Shown one piece after another: positions 1-7,072 of a DNA stretch of 32,000 bases (the first letter of the stretch is position 1; the number at the start of each line of letters is the position of its first letter). The notes beneath the pieces were generated by a model. The model did not search any database and was not told the origin of the DNA. It was given only the letters and a program-made list of their open reading frames with translations. Source of the stretch: Pseudodesulfovibrio mercurii (GTDB taxonomy: Bacteria > Desulfobacterota > Desulfovibrionia > Desulfovibrionales > Desulfovibrionaceae); the NCBI RefSeq assembly GCF_000189295.2, contig NC_016803.1, forward strand, positions 390,001 through 422,000, given 5' to 3'. The translations under genes were made by a program, and so were the position numbers.

Positions 1-692
1 GTGGAGCGGACATGAACGGTTACATTGTATTTCTTGGCGAACTCGACGCTGCGGATCTGGAGCACCTTGGCTCCCATGCTGGCCATCTCGAGCATCTCGT
101 CATAGGAGATGCGGTCGATCTTGCGCGCGTCGGTACAGAGATTCGGGTCCGTGGTGAACACGCCCGGAACGTCGGTGTAGATTTCGCAGACGTCGGCCTT
201 GATGGCCGCTGCCAGGGCCACGGCCGAGGTGTCGGAGCCGCCGCGTCCCAGGGTGGTGATGCGCATGTTCTCGTCGCATCCCTGGAAACCGGCCACCACC
301 AGGATGTCGTACTCCTGGAGCATGCCCTTGAGCCGGGCCTCGTCGATGTCGGTGATGCGGGCCTTGCCGTAGCAGCAGTCGGTTTTGACCGGGGCCTGGA
401 AGCCGAGCACGGAGCGGCATTTGACGCCCTGCTGCTTGAGGAGCATGGCGAAGAGGGCGCAGGAGATCTGTTCCCCGGTGGAGACCAGGGCGTCCGCTTC
501 GGCCGGGTCGGGGTTGTCCGACCATTCGTTGGCCAGTTCCAGCAGCCGGTTGGTCTCACCGGACATGGCCGAGAGGACCACAATGACCTTGTTGCCCTCG
601 CGGTAGGGGCGCAGGACCTTCTGCATGACCTGGCGTTGGCATTCCAGGTTGCGGACCGACGTGCCTCCGAACTTTTGTACGACGATGTTCAT
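1..692 (-). CDS. lysC: Aspartate kinase, N-terminal about 230 aa (partial, continues past the left edge)
   Basis: Absent from the ORF track because it is truncated. My translation of the minus strand from the ATG (complement of 690-692) gives [17 protein letters not shown]...[37 protein letters not shown]...[13 protein letters not shown]. This carries the KFGGTS and GRGGSDT aspartokinase signatures. The listed + strand ORF 12..878 is its shadow. Confidence 0.9.
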   Translation of the reverse strand, partial: MNIVVQKFGGTSVRNLECQRQVMQKVLRPYREGNKVIVVLSAMSGETNRLLELANEWSDNPDPAEADALVSTGEQISCALFAMLLKQQGVKCRSVLGFQAPVKTDCCYGKARITDIDEARLKGMLQEYDILVVAGFQGCDENMRITTLGRGGSDTSAVALAAAIKADVCEIYTDVPGVFTTDPNLCTDARKIDRISYDEMLEMASMGAKVLQIRSVEFAKKYNVTVHVRS

Positions 693-708
693 TTTTCGAT
701 TCTGCTCT

Positions 709-1194
709 CTAAAAACGGTTTTCATTGGGGCGCAGGGCGTCGAGGACGCTCTGGGCCGCACCTCCCATCGCATGCAACACCAGGCTTCGTCCAGTGTCCG
801 ACGGGGTCCATTCCAGGAAAAGGGCGTCTTCGGGCCACATTTCCTTCGGAAGGTACTGTATCCACTCCACGATGGTGATCGTGTCCGGGTCCTCGAAGGC
901 ATCGAACAGGGCGTCGTCCGGCTCCATGCCTTCGAGCCGGTAGAGGTCGAAGTGCGCCACCCCGGGCGTGGTCGGATACAGGTTGCAGATGTTGAAGCTC
1001 GGGCTCGAAACCTCCGCCGATTCCGCGCCGGGCAGGGATTCCACGAAACCCCTGACCAACGTGGTTTTGCCCGATCCGAGGTCGCCTTGCAAGAGCAAAG
1101 CCGGGGGAGTGTCCATTCGGGACAGGATGGACGCCAGGGCGCGGCCCAGGGCCACGGTGGCCTCGCTGTCCGGGAGGTGCAGGGTCAGGCTCAC
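709..1194 (-). CDS. tsaE: tRNA t6A37 threonylcarbamoyltransferase complex ATPase TsaE (YjeE family)
   Basis: 161 aa with Walker [10 protein letters not shown]. Length and layout match YjeE/TsaE. GTG start lies 10 nt after the upstream stop and is preceded by AGGGA. Confidence 0.85.
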   Translation of the reverse strand: MSLTLHLPDSEATVALGRALASILSRMDTPPALLLQGDLGSGKTTLVRGFVESLPGAESAEVSSPSFNICNLYPTTPGVAHFDLYRLEGMEPDDALFDAFEDPDTITIVEWIQYLPKEMWPEDALFLEWTPSDTGRSLVLHAMGGAAQSVLDALRPNENRF

Positions 1195-1203
1195 TGCCGG
1201 TCC

Positions 1204-1653
1204 CTAGTCCTTGATCAGGGTCTTGAGCACGTCTTCCTTGCCGACCACGCCGACCAGCTTGCCGTTCTCGATCACGGGCAGGGTGTAGAGCTTCTCGTTG
1301 GCCATCATGGTGGCCACGTCCTCGATGGTCGTCTCCGGGGTGACGAAGGTCGGGGCCGCGGTCATGGCGTCGCCCACCTTGAGGGCCGCGATCTTGGTCA
1401 TCTCGCGGTCCAGTTCGTCGTGGGAGGAGAGGGGGATGACCCCGTCCAGCAGGGTGAAGAAGGAGGGCAGGGTGACCTTCTTCTGCTGGGCCACCAGGTC
1501 GGACTGGCAGAGCACGCCGACCACCTGGTCGCCGTCCAGGACCGGCGCGCCGTTGATTTTCTTTTCAAGCAGGACCTTGGCCGCGGCGGTGATGTCGGTC
1601 TCCGGGGTCAGGGTGATGCATTCGGTGGTCATGATGTCTTTTGCTTTCAGCAT
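1204..1653 (-). CDS. Stand-alone CBS-pair domain protein
   Basis: 149 aa with two CBS repeats (DIMTTECITL...GAPVLDGDQVVGVLCQSDL and AMTAAPTFVTPETTIEDVA...LPVIENGKLVGVVGKEDVL) and no other domain. Its ATG overlaps the nnr stop by 7 nt. Confidence 0.85.
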   Translation of the reverse strand: MLKAKDIMTTECITLTPETDITAAAKVLLEKKINGAPVLDGDQVVGVLCQSDLVAQQKKVTLPSFFTLLDGVIPLSSHDELDREMTKIAALKVGDAMTAAPTFVTPETTIEDVATMMANEKLYTLPVIENGKLVGVVGKEDVLKTLIKD

Positions 1654-3197
1654 GGTTCAGGCTCCTTGGTGAAGGCTGCCGCCGCGTGGGGCAGCATGTT
1701 GGCGATTTCGGACGCGAGGTTGCCGCGTGCGGGAAATTCGTTGTTCAGGGCGCGCCCGGCCAGGCCGTGCCAGAACACGCCGGTGCAGGCCGCGCGCATT
1801 GGGGAAAGTCCTCCGGCCAGGAGCGCGCCGACGACCCCGGACAGGACGTCGCCGGCCCCGCCCACGGACAGGTTGGGCTCGGCAAAGGGCGAGACGCAGG
1901 TCATGTCCCGGTCGGCCACCAGCGTGCCCGCGCCCTTGAGGACCAGGGTGGCGTCGCAGGCGGCCAGGAAGCGGTCCACGGCCCCCAACCGGTCGGCCTG
2001 GACTTCGGCGGTCGCCGTGTCCAGCAGCCGGGCCATCTCGCCCGGATGGGGCGTGAGCACGGCCTGTTCGGGCAGGGACCGGAGGTGTTCGGGGGAGGCG
2101 GCCAGGGCGAACAGGGCGTCCGCGTCCAGGACCATGGGCAGGCCGCAGCCCGCGGCCAGCTCCAGGGCCAGGGACCGGGCCTCGGGCGTGCGCCCCATGC
2201 CGGGCCCGAGGACCACGGCATCGAAGCGGTGGAGTTCGGCCTTGATTGCCTCGGCCATGTCCCCGGTCCAGGCCGTGCCCGCGCCCAGGGGCAGGGTCAT
2301 GATGTCCGGGGAGCCCGCCTTGACCGCGTCGGCCAGTCCGGCGGGACAGGCCACGGTGGCCAGTCCGGCCCCGCTGCGCAGGGCGGCCAGGGCGGCCAGG
2401 TGCGGCGCGCCGGTCAGGCCGAAGCTGCCGCCGACCACCAGGACGTGCCCGGCGCTGCCCTTGTGCATGTCCGGGGCGGGGGCGGGCAGGGCGGCCATGA
2501 CCTCGCCGGTGATCAGCCGGTGCCGGGTCTGGTATTTCTCCTGGATCATCAGTGGGATGCCGATGGGGCAGACGTGCAGCGCGCCGGTGTGCGGCTGGGC
2601 CTCGGGCAGGACCAGGCCGAGCTTGGGGGCCTGGAAGGTGGCCGTGGCGTCGGCCCGGACCGCCTCGGGCTGGGGGCGGCCGGTCAGGCCGTTCAGCCCG
2701 GAGGGGATGTCCACGGCCAGGACGAAGGCGCGCTCGCCCAACCGGTTGACGGTCCGCACCAGTTGCAGAAAATCCTCGCGCAGGGCGCCCGCAAAGCCGG
2801 TGCCGAGCAGGCCGTCCACGATGATGTCGGGCTGGGCCAGGGTGTCCAACCGCACCCCGGCCAGGTGGACCAGGGGGATGCCGAGCCGCTGCGCCCACAG
2901 GAGATTGGTCCGGGTCTCGCCCCGGTAGCCCCTCTTGGGCCGGGTGTGGAAGACCGTGACCTCGGCCCCGAGGTCGTTGAGGTGCCGGGCCACGGCAAAG
3001 GCGTCGCCGCCGTTGTTGCCGGACCCGGCGAAACAGTGGATGACCGCGCCGCCCACGTCGCCGTATTCCTCAAGCAGGACGTTGACGGCCTCGCGGGAGG
3101 CGGACTCCATGAGCGTGACGCCGGGGATGCCGATGGTGTGGATGGTTTCCCGGTCCCACACGGCCATTTCGGCGGGGGTCGGAAGGGGCAGAAGCAT
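1647..3197 (-). CDS. nnr: Bifunctional NAD(P)H-hydrate repair enzyme (epimerase / ADP-dependent dehydratase, YjeF family)
   Basis: 516 aa. N-terminal YjeF_N motif GSGNNGGDAF, C-terminal carbohydrate-kinase-like motif GGAGDVLSG. AGGAG lies 5 nt upstream of the ATG. Confidence 0.9.
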   Translation of the reverse strand: MLLPLPTPAEMAVWDRETIHTIGIPGVTLMESASREAVNVLLEEYGDVGGAVIHCFAGSGNNGGDAFAVARHLNDLGAEVTVFHTRPKRGYRGETRTNLLWAQRLGIPLVHLAGVRLDTLAQPDIIVDGLLGTGFAGALREDFLQLVRTVNRLGERAFVLAVDIPSGLNGLTGRPQPEAVRADATATFQAPKLGLVLPEAQPHTGALHVCPIGIPLMIQEKYQTRHRLITGEVMAALPAPAPDMHKGSAGHVLVVGGSFGLTGAPHLAALAALRSGAGLATVACPAGLADAVKAGSPDIMTLPLGAGTAWTGDMAEAIKAELHRFDAVVLGPGMGRTPEARSLALELAAGCGLPMVLDADALFALAASPEHLRSLPEQAVLTPHPGEMARLLDTATAEVQADRLGAVDRFLAACDATLVLKGAGTLVADRDMTCVSPFAEPNLSVGGAGDVLSGVVGALLAGGLSPMRAACTGVFWHGLAGRALNNEFPARGNLASEIANMLPHAAAAFTKEPEPC

Positions 3198-3219
3198 GAG
3201 CTCTCCTGGACTGGGGTTG

Positions 3220-3594
3220 TTATCCTTCCAATATCACGGTGGCGGCGGCGGCGTCGCGGGAATGGGTCATGGACACGTGCGCCCCGGTCACGCCCATGCG
3301 CTCGCAGCGCTCCAGCCCTTTGCCGAGGAAGGCGATCTCGGGCTTGCCGTTCGGGCGGTGCAGGATCTCGATGCAGCGGCAGTGGATGCCCTCGGTGAAG
3401 CCGGTGCCCAGCGCCTTGACCGCCGCCTCCTTGCAGGCGAACAGGGCGGCCAGGCGCGGGACCGGGTTGCGCCTGGGGAGCTGCGCCTGTTCCCGGTCGG
3501 TCAGAATCTTGCGCACGAACCGTTCCCCGTACCGCTCCCAGAGGGCCTGGATGCGGTCCAGTTCCGTCAGGTCGATGCCCGTTCCCTTGATCAT
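3220..3594 (-). CDS. acpS: Holo-[acyl-carrier-protein] synthase
   Basis: MIKGTGIDLTELDRI... is a typical AcpS N-terminus, and the length is about 124 aa. An alternative ATG at 3609 would add 5 codons. Confidence 0.85.
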   Translation of the reverse strand: MIKGTGIDLTELDRIQALWERYGERFVRKILTDREQAQLPRRNPVPRLAALFACKEAAVKALGTGFTEGIHCRCIEILHRPNGKPEIAFLGKGLERCERMGVTGAHVSMTHSRDAAAATVILEG

Positions 3595-3616
3595 GGTCTT
3601 CGGCTCCATGGACCCG

Positions 3617-4342
3617 CTAGTCCGCGAAGGTCCGGATCAGTTCGGCCATGTCCCGGACCGCCCGGTCCAGGCCCAGGTAGATGGCCCGGGCCATGATGGC
3701 GTGCCCGATGGAGTATTCGCTGATGCCGGGCACGTCCTTGAAGTTCAGGATGTTGCGGTAGTTCAGTCCGTGGCCGAGGTTGACCTTGAGGCCGATGTCC
3801 TTGGCCAGGGAGATGGACTTGAGGATCTTTTCCAGCTCCACCCGCCGGTTGTCGTATTCCTTGGCGTCGGCGTAGTGGCCGGTGTGGATCTCGATGAACT
3901 CCGTGCCCGTGGCGATGGCCGCCTCGATCTGCTTGGGATCGGCGTCGATGAACAGGCTGGAGCGGATGCCCTTCTCGTGGATGGGGGCCAGGAAGTCCTT
4001 GAGTTCGGCCTCGCGGCCGATGCAGTTCAGGCCGCCCTCGGTGGTCAGCTCCTGGCGCTTTTCCGGGACCAGGCAGACCATCTCGGGTTCGATCTTCAGG
4101 GCGATCCCCTGCATCTCGTCCGTGGCGGCCATTTCCAGGTGCAGCCGGGTGTTGCAGGTCTGCTTGATCAGCTCCACGTCGCGGTCCTGGATGTGGCGGC
4201 GGTCTTCGCGCAGGTGGACGATGATGCCGGTGGCCCCGGCCATCTCCGCCATATAGGCGGCGGTCACGGGTTCGGGTTCGATGCCCCTCCGGGCCTGGCG
4301 CAGGGTGGCCACATGATCGACGTTGACAACGAGTACCGGCAT
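3617..4342 (-). CDS. pdxJ: Pyridoxine 5'-phosphate synthase
   Basis: 241 aa with [22 protein letters not shown] and EIHTG motifs. Strong GGAGGAGG Shine-Dalgarno upstream of the ATG. Confidence 0.92.
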   Translation of the reverse strand: MPVLVVNVDHVATLRQARRGIEPEPVTAAYMAEMAGATGIIVHLREDRRHIQDRDVELIKQTCNTRLHLEMAATDEMQGIALKIEPEMVCLVPEKRQELTTEGGLNCIGREAELKDFLAPIHEKGIRSSLFIDADPKQIEAAIATGTEFIEIHTGHYADAKEYDNRRVELEKILKSISLAKDIGLKVNLGHGLNYRNILNFKDVPGISEYSIGHAIMARAIYLGLDRAVRDMAELIRTFAD

Positions 4343-4519
4343 TGTATCCTCCTCCGGATGCGTAACTGCGTGATATCCCCATTAAGTAAGGTACCCGGAG
4401 CGGAATGGCAATAGCCGTGGCTTTCCGGTGACGATTTGCATTCGTGTTGACGTGGTTGCGCGTAAGCGTTATCCGCATTGCCTGATAGCGTACTGAAACT
4501 CAATCAGGAGCAACGCCTT

Positions 4520-5857
4520 ATGAATGTGTGCATCGTCGGAACCGGCTACGTCGGATTGGTGTCCGCGGCCTGCTTTGCCGAAATGGGAAACGATATTTTC
4601 TGCGTGGACGTCAATCCCAAGGTCGTGGAGACCCTGGAGAGCGGCAAGGTCCACATCTTCGAGCCCGGTCTCGAAGACCTGGTCAAGCGCAACACCCTGC
4701 AGGGCCGCCTGCATTTCACCACGGATCTCGGTGAGGGCATGCGCGACGCCGAGGTGGTCTTCATCACCGTGGGCACCCCGCAGCGGGCCGACGGCTCCTG
4801 CGACCTCAAGTACGTGGACGCCGTGGCCGCCGAGATCGGCCAGAAGATGACCTCGCCCAAGATCGTGGTGGACAAGTCCACCGTGCCCGTGGGCACCGCC
4901 GACCGGGTGCGCGGGATCATCGCGGGCGAACTGGAGAAGCGCGGCGAGACCATCGGGTTCGACGTGGTCTCCAACCCCGAGTTCCTCAAGGAAGGCGACG
5001 CGGTCAACGACTTCATGAAACCGGACCGGGTCATCGTCGGCACCGGGGACGAGGATTCGGCCAAGACCATCAAGGCCCTGTACGCGCCCTTCGCCCGCAG
5101 CCGCGAAAAGCTCATCGTCATGGGCGTGCGTTCGGCCGAGATGACCAAGTACGCGGCCAACTGCATGCTGGCCACCAAGATTTCCTTCATCAACGAAGTG
5201 GCCAACATCTGCGAGCGGGTCGGAGCGGACGTGTCCGAGGTCCGCGCGGGCATCGGCTCGGATTCGCGCATCGGCTACTCCTTCATCTACCCCGGCGTGG
5301 GCTACGGCGGGTCCTGCTTTCCCAAGGACGTCAAGGCGCTCATCGACACGGCCGCCGAACACGGCTACGAGGCCAAGCTGATCCGCTCCGTGGACGAGGT
5401 CAACAACGCCCAGAAGCTGGTCCTGGCCGAGAAGATCAAGGCCTACTTCGCGCCCCAGGGCGGCGTCGCGGGCCGCACCCTGGCCCTGTGGGGCATCGCC
5501 TTCAAGGCCAACACCGACGACATCCGCGAGGCCTCGGCCATCGAGATCATCAAGGAACTGACCGCCCAGGGCATGAAGGTCCGGGCCTTCGACCCGGTGG
5601 CCAACACCCGCGCCCGGGCCGAGATCGGCCACATCGAGAACCTTGAGATCCTGGACAGCCAGTACGAGGTGTTGAACGGGGCGGACGCCCTGGCCGTGGT
5701 CACGGACTGGAACCAGTTCCGCAACCCGGACTTCGAGCGCATCAGGGGCGCCCTGAGCGCGCCGATCATCTTCGACGGCCGCAACCTGTACGTGCCCGAA
5801 CGCATGGGCAAGGCCGGGTTCGCCTACTTCTCCATCGGCCGCACCGCTGTGGAATAG
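4520..5857 (+). CDS. ugd: UDP-glucose 6-dehydrogenase
   Basis: N-terminal Rossmann motif MNVCIVGTGYVGLV and catalytic GGSCFPKD. I chose the ATG at 4520 (AGGAG 8 nt upstream) over the ORF-track start at 4478. Confidence 0.92.
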   Translation: MNVCIVGTGYVGLVSAACFAEMGNDIFCVDVNPKVVETLESGKVHIFEPGLEDLVKRNTLQGRLHFTTDLGEGMRDAEVVFITVGTPQRADGSCDLKYVDAVAAEIGQKMTSPKIVVDKSTVPVGTADRVRGIIAGELEKRGETIGFDVVSNPEFLKEGDAVNDFMKPDRVIVGTGDEDSAKTIKALYAPFARSREKLIVMGVRSAEMTKYAANCMLATKISFINEVANICERVGADVSEVRAGIGSDSRIGYSFIYPGVGYGGSCFPKDVKALIDTAAEHGYEAKLIRSVDEVNNAQKLVLAEKIKAYFAPQGGVAGRTLALWGIAFKANTDDIREASAIEIIKELTAQGMKVRAFDPVANTRARAEIGHIENLEILDSQYEVLNGADALAVVTDWNQFRNPDFERIRGALSAPIIFDGRNLYVPERMGKAGFAYFSIGRTAVE

Positions 5858-5875
5858 GGCCGTTCACCGGACACG

Positions 5876-5914
5876 AAAAAACTCCCCGTCTCGGCAGAGG
5901 CGGGGAGTTTTTTC
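5876..5914. terminator. Bidirectional intrinsic terminator between ugd and the small minus-strand ORF
   Basis: AAAAA-ACTCCCCG (5881-5888), a 12-nt loop, CGGGGAGT (5901-5908), then TTTTTT. A-tract and T-tract flank a perfect 8-bp GC-rich stem. Confidence 0.75.
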
Positions 5915-5928
5915 GTTTTCGGGAACGA

Positions 5929-6144
5929 TCAGATGCGGCCCTTGAAACAGGTCCGGTACTGCAATTCCTGGAGGATGACCCGTTCGTATTCGGGGTTGTA
6001 TTCCAGGTCGGTCTGTTCGGCTTGGTCCAGCATCCTGGCAAGCTGTTGGGTTTCTTCCCAGAAATCGAGGAGTTCGTCGTCGGCCAGGCTCTTGACCTGG
6101 GCCTCCAGGGTGTCGTGGTCAGGGAAATTGGCGTATTGACCCAT
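5929..6144 (-). CDS. Small acidic hypothetical protein (about 71 aa)
   Basis: ORF MGQYANFPDHDTLEAQVKSLADDELLDFWEETQQLARMLDQAEQTDLEYNPEYERVILQELQYRTCFKGRI. It has non-shadow composition, sits between a terminator and an AT-rich putative promoter region, and overlaps no competing gene. No family recognised. An alternative TTG start lies at 6168. Confidence 0.45.
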   Translation of the reverse strand: MGQYANFPDHDTLEAQVKSLADDELLDFWEETQQLARMLDQAEQTDLEYNPEYERVILQELQYRTCFKGRI

Positions 6145-6471
6145 GCGTTGCGGCCTGCCTCGTTTCAAAAGGTGATAAAAATCAAATGTATAGGGACTAA
6201 GTCCGACCTACGTTAGCCCTTTATCTCATGAGCGTCAACCATACTTTGCGAAACGAACAAGATAATAAAGCACAACAAAGCATTTTCATTGGCGAAAAAA
6301 GAAGGGAGTCGGCGGTTCCCGGCCCATGTGGGGGAACACGGCCGGGTTCTTTCCAAGGATTCCGCCGGGCTGGATATTCTCATTGACAAAAATGGACGGG
6401 ATTGACAGATTCGGGGCTTGAAAAACGGGGCGTGCCGACGGTCGCGTCCGGTCATCCGAGACGGGGTAGCC

Positions 6472-6972
6472 ATGAGAACGGAAGTTGAAGACATCCTCGA
6501 CGTCGAAGAGGGCGAGGCCGATCAGGAGCTGATCCAGCTGGTGACCTTCAGCATCGGCGACGAGGAGTTCGGGGTCAACATCCTCCAGGTCCAGGAGATC
6601 ATCCGGACCATGGAGATCACCAACGTGCCCCGCGCGCCCGAGTTCGTGGAAGGCGTCATCAACCTGCGCGGCAAGGTCATCCCCATCGTGGACATGCGCC
6701 GCCGTTTCGGGCTCAGGTCCAAGGAGCACGACAAGTACACCCGGATCATCGTCATCGAGATCGAGATGATCATCGTCGGGTTCGTGGTCGATGCCGTGTC
6801 CGAGGTCCTGCGCATCCCGGCCAACTCCGTGCAGCCGCCGCCGCCCGTTGTGGCCGGCATGGACGCGGACTACATCGACGGCGTGGGCAAGCTCGAGGAT
6901 CGGCTGCTCATTCTGCTCGACCTGGATTCGCTCCTCGACAACGAGGAAAAGGAAGCCCTGGGCACCGTCTAG
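6472..6972 (+). CDS. cheW: Chemotaxis coupling protein CheW
   Basis: 166 aa with the CheW-domain pattern FSIGDEEFGVNILQVQEIIR...VINLRGKVIPIVDMRRRFGL...IVGFVVDAVSEVL. I prefer the ATG at 6472 to the TTG at 6418. Confidence 0.88.
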   Translation: MRTEVEDILDVEEGEADQELIQLVTFSIGDEEFGVNILQVQEIIRTMEITNVPRAPEFVEGVINLRGKVIPIVDMRRRFGLRSKEHDKYTRIIVIEIEMIIVGFVVDAVSEVLRIPANSVQPPPPVVAGMDADYIDGVGKLEDRLLILLDLDSLLDNEEKEALGTV

Positions 6973-6995
6973 GCCGGGCGGACTCCTGGCGACAA

Positions 6996-7036
6996 GCCGT
7001 CCCGCTCCCGTCAGGGAAGCGGCGGCTTTTCTGTTT
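6996..7036 (+). terminator. Probable intrinsic terminator after cheW
   Basis: GCCGTCCCGCTCCC / GGGAAGCGGCGGC forms about 12 bp in three blocks with small bulges around a GTCA loop. It is followed by TTTTCTGTTT. Confidence 0.5.
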
Positions 7037-7072
7037 GACCGCAAGGCCGCAAACCCTTTTCCCAGCGAACCC

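Noticed and set aside
12-878. 288-aa + strand ORF at the left edge
   Set aside because: It is antisense to a clear aspartate kinase reading frame (KFGGTS, GRGGSDT). Its composition is Gly/Ala/Val/Asp/His-rich, typical of a GC shadow ORF.
625-3398. Long + strand ORFs 625..2928 (767 aa) and 1641..3398 (585 aa)
   Set aside because: They are antisense to tsaE, the CBS gene and nnr, which all carry recognisable motifs. Their translations are Arg/Gly/Ala/Pro low-complexity with no motifs.
6263-6300. Sigma28 (FliA) promoter for cheW: TAAAG ... GGCGAAAA
   Set aside because: The spacer between the two elements is about 17 nt rather than about 11, and the -10 match is partial.
6791-7072. ORF-track start of the mfd ORF at 6791
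   Set aside because: It would overlap the 3' end of cheW by 182 nt and adds a Cys/Arg/Ser/Thr/Trp-rich, shadow-like segment. The Mfd-like sequence begins at the ATG at 7073, after the cheW terminator.
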